A model generated the notes under the pieces. That model saw only the letters and a list, made by a program, of their open reading frames with translations. It had not been told where the DNA came from and did no database searches. From Sedimenticolaceae bacterium (GTDB taxonomy: Bacteria > Pseudomonadota > Gammaproteobacteria > Chromatiales > Chromatiaceae), in contig JBNKYJ010000145.1 of NCBI GenBank assembly GCA_050300835.1, positions 1-60,158 of the forward strand: DNA of 60,158 bases, written 5' to 3'. Position 1 is the first letter of the stretch. Each line of letters opens with the position of its first letter. A program made the translations under genes and the position numbers. Shown here piece by piece: positions 60,139 to 60,158 of the stretch.

Positions 60139-60158
60139 GGTGCGGCAAGCCGCACCCT
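60139..60158 (-). repeat. Probable GTAG-family REP truncated by the window end
   Basis: GGTGCGGC-AA-GCCGCACCCT; reverse complement reads (GT)AGGGTGCGGCTTGCCGCACC. Confidence 0.5.

Overview
GC-rich gammaproteobacterial chromosome segment. The gene content and order resemble Chromatiales/Sedimenticolaceae-type organisms, but this is an impression and was not verified. Most of the window is housekeeping: rplY-pth, hemA-prfA-prmC-moeB, gatCAB, mreBCD-mrdA-rodA-mltB-rlpA-dacA-ybeD-lipB-lipA, trxA-rho-murU, mlaFEDB, coq7, apaG-apaH, lgt-thyA-folA and moaB-moeA-moaD-moaE. Six things stand out. (1) A 10.5-kb block of two convergent envelope-spanning transport operons: LolA-like + 2 FtsX/LolE permeases + LolD-like ATPase, facing LolA-like + DUF1302-type outer-membrane barrel + MMPL/RND. 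Their upstream regions share an AT-rich motif. (2) Two copies of a ~125-bp perfect-hairpin element with heptamer-repeat arms, inserted inside housekeeping operons. (3) A DUF6502-like HTH gene and a DUF5666-like repeat lipoprotein gene, with an operator-like palindrome, inserted between gatC and mreB. (4) A rhombosortase next to a GlyGly-CTERM metalloprotease, and a degenerate PEP-CTERM gene with a complete sigma54/IHF/enhancer promoter. (5) A GCS2-type ligase paired with an M14 peptidase. (6) A probable ATC start codon for mreC. I saw no rRNA, tRNA, CRISPR array, transposase or integrase. All family assignments come from recognising motifs by eye, not from database searches.
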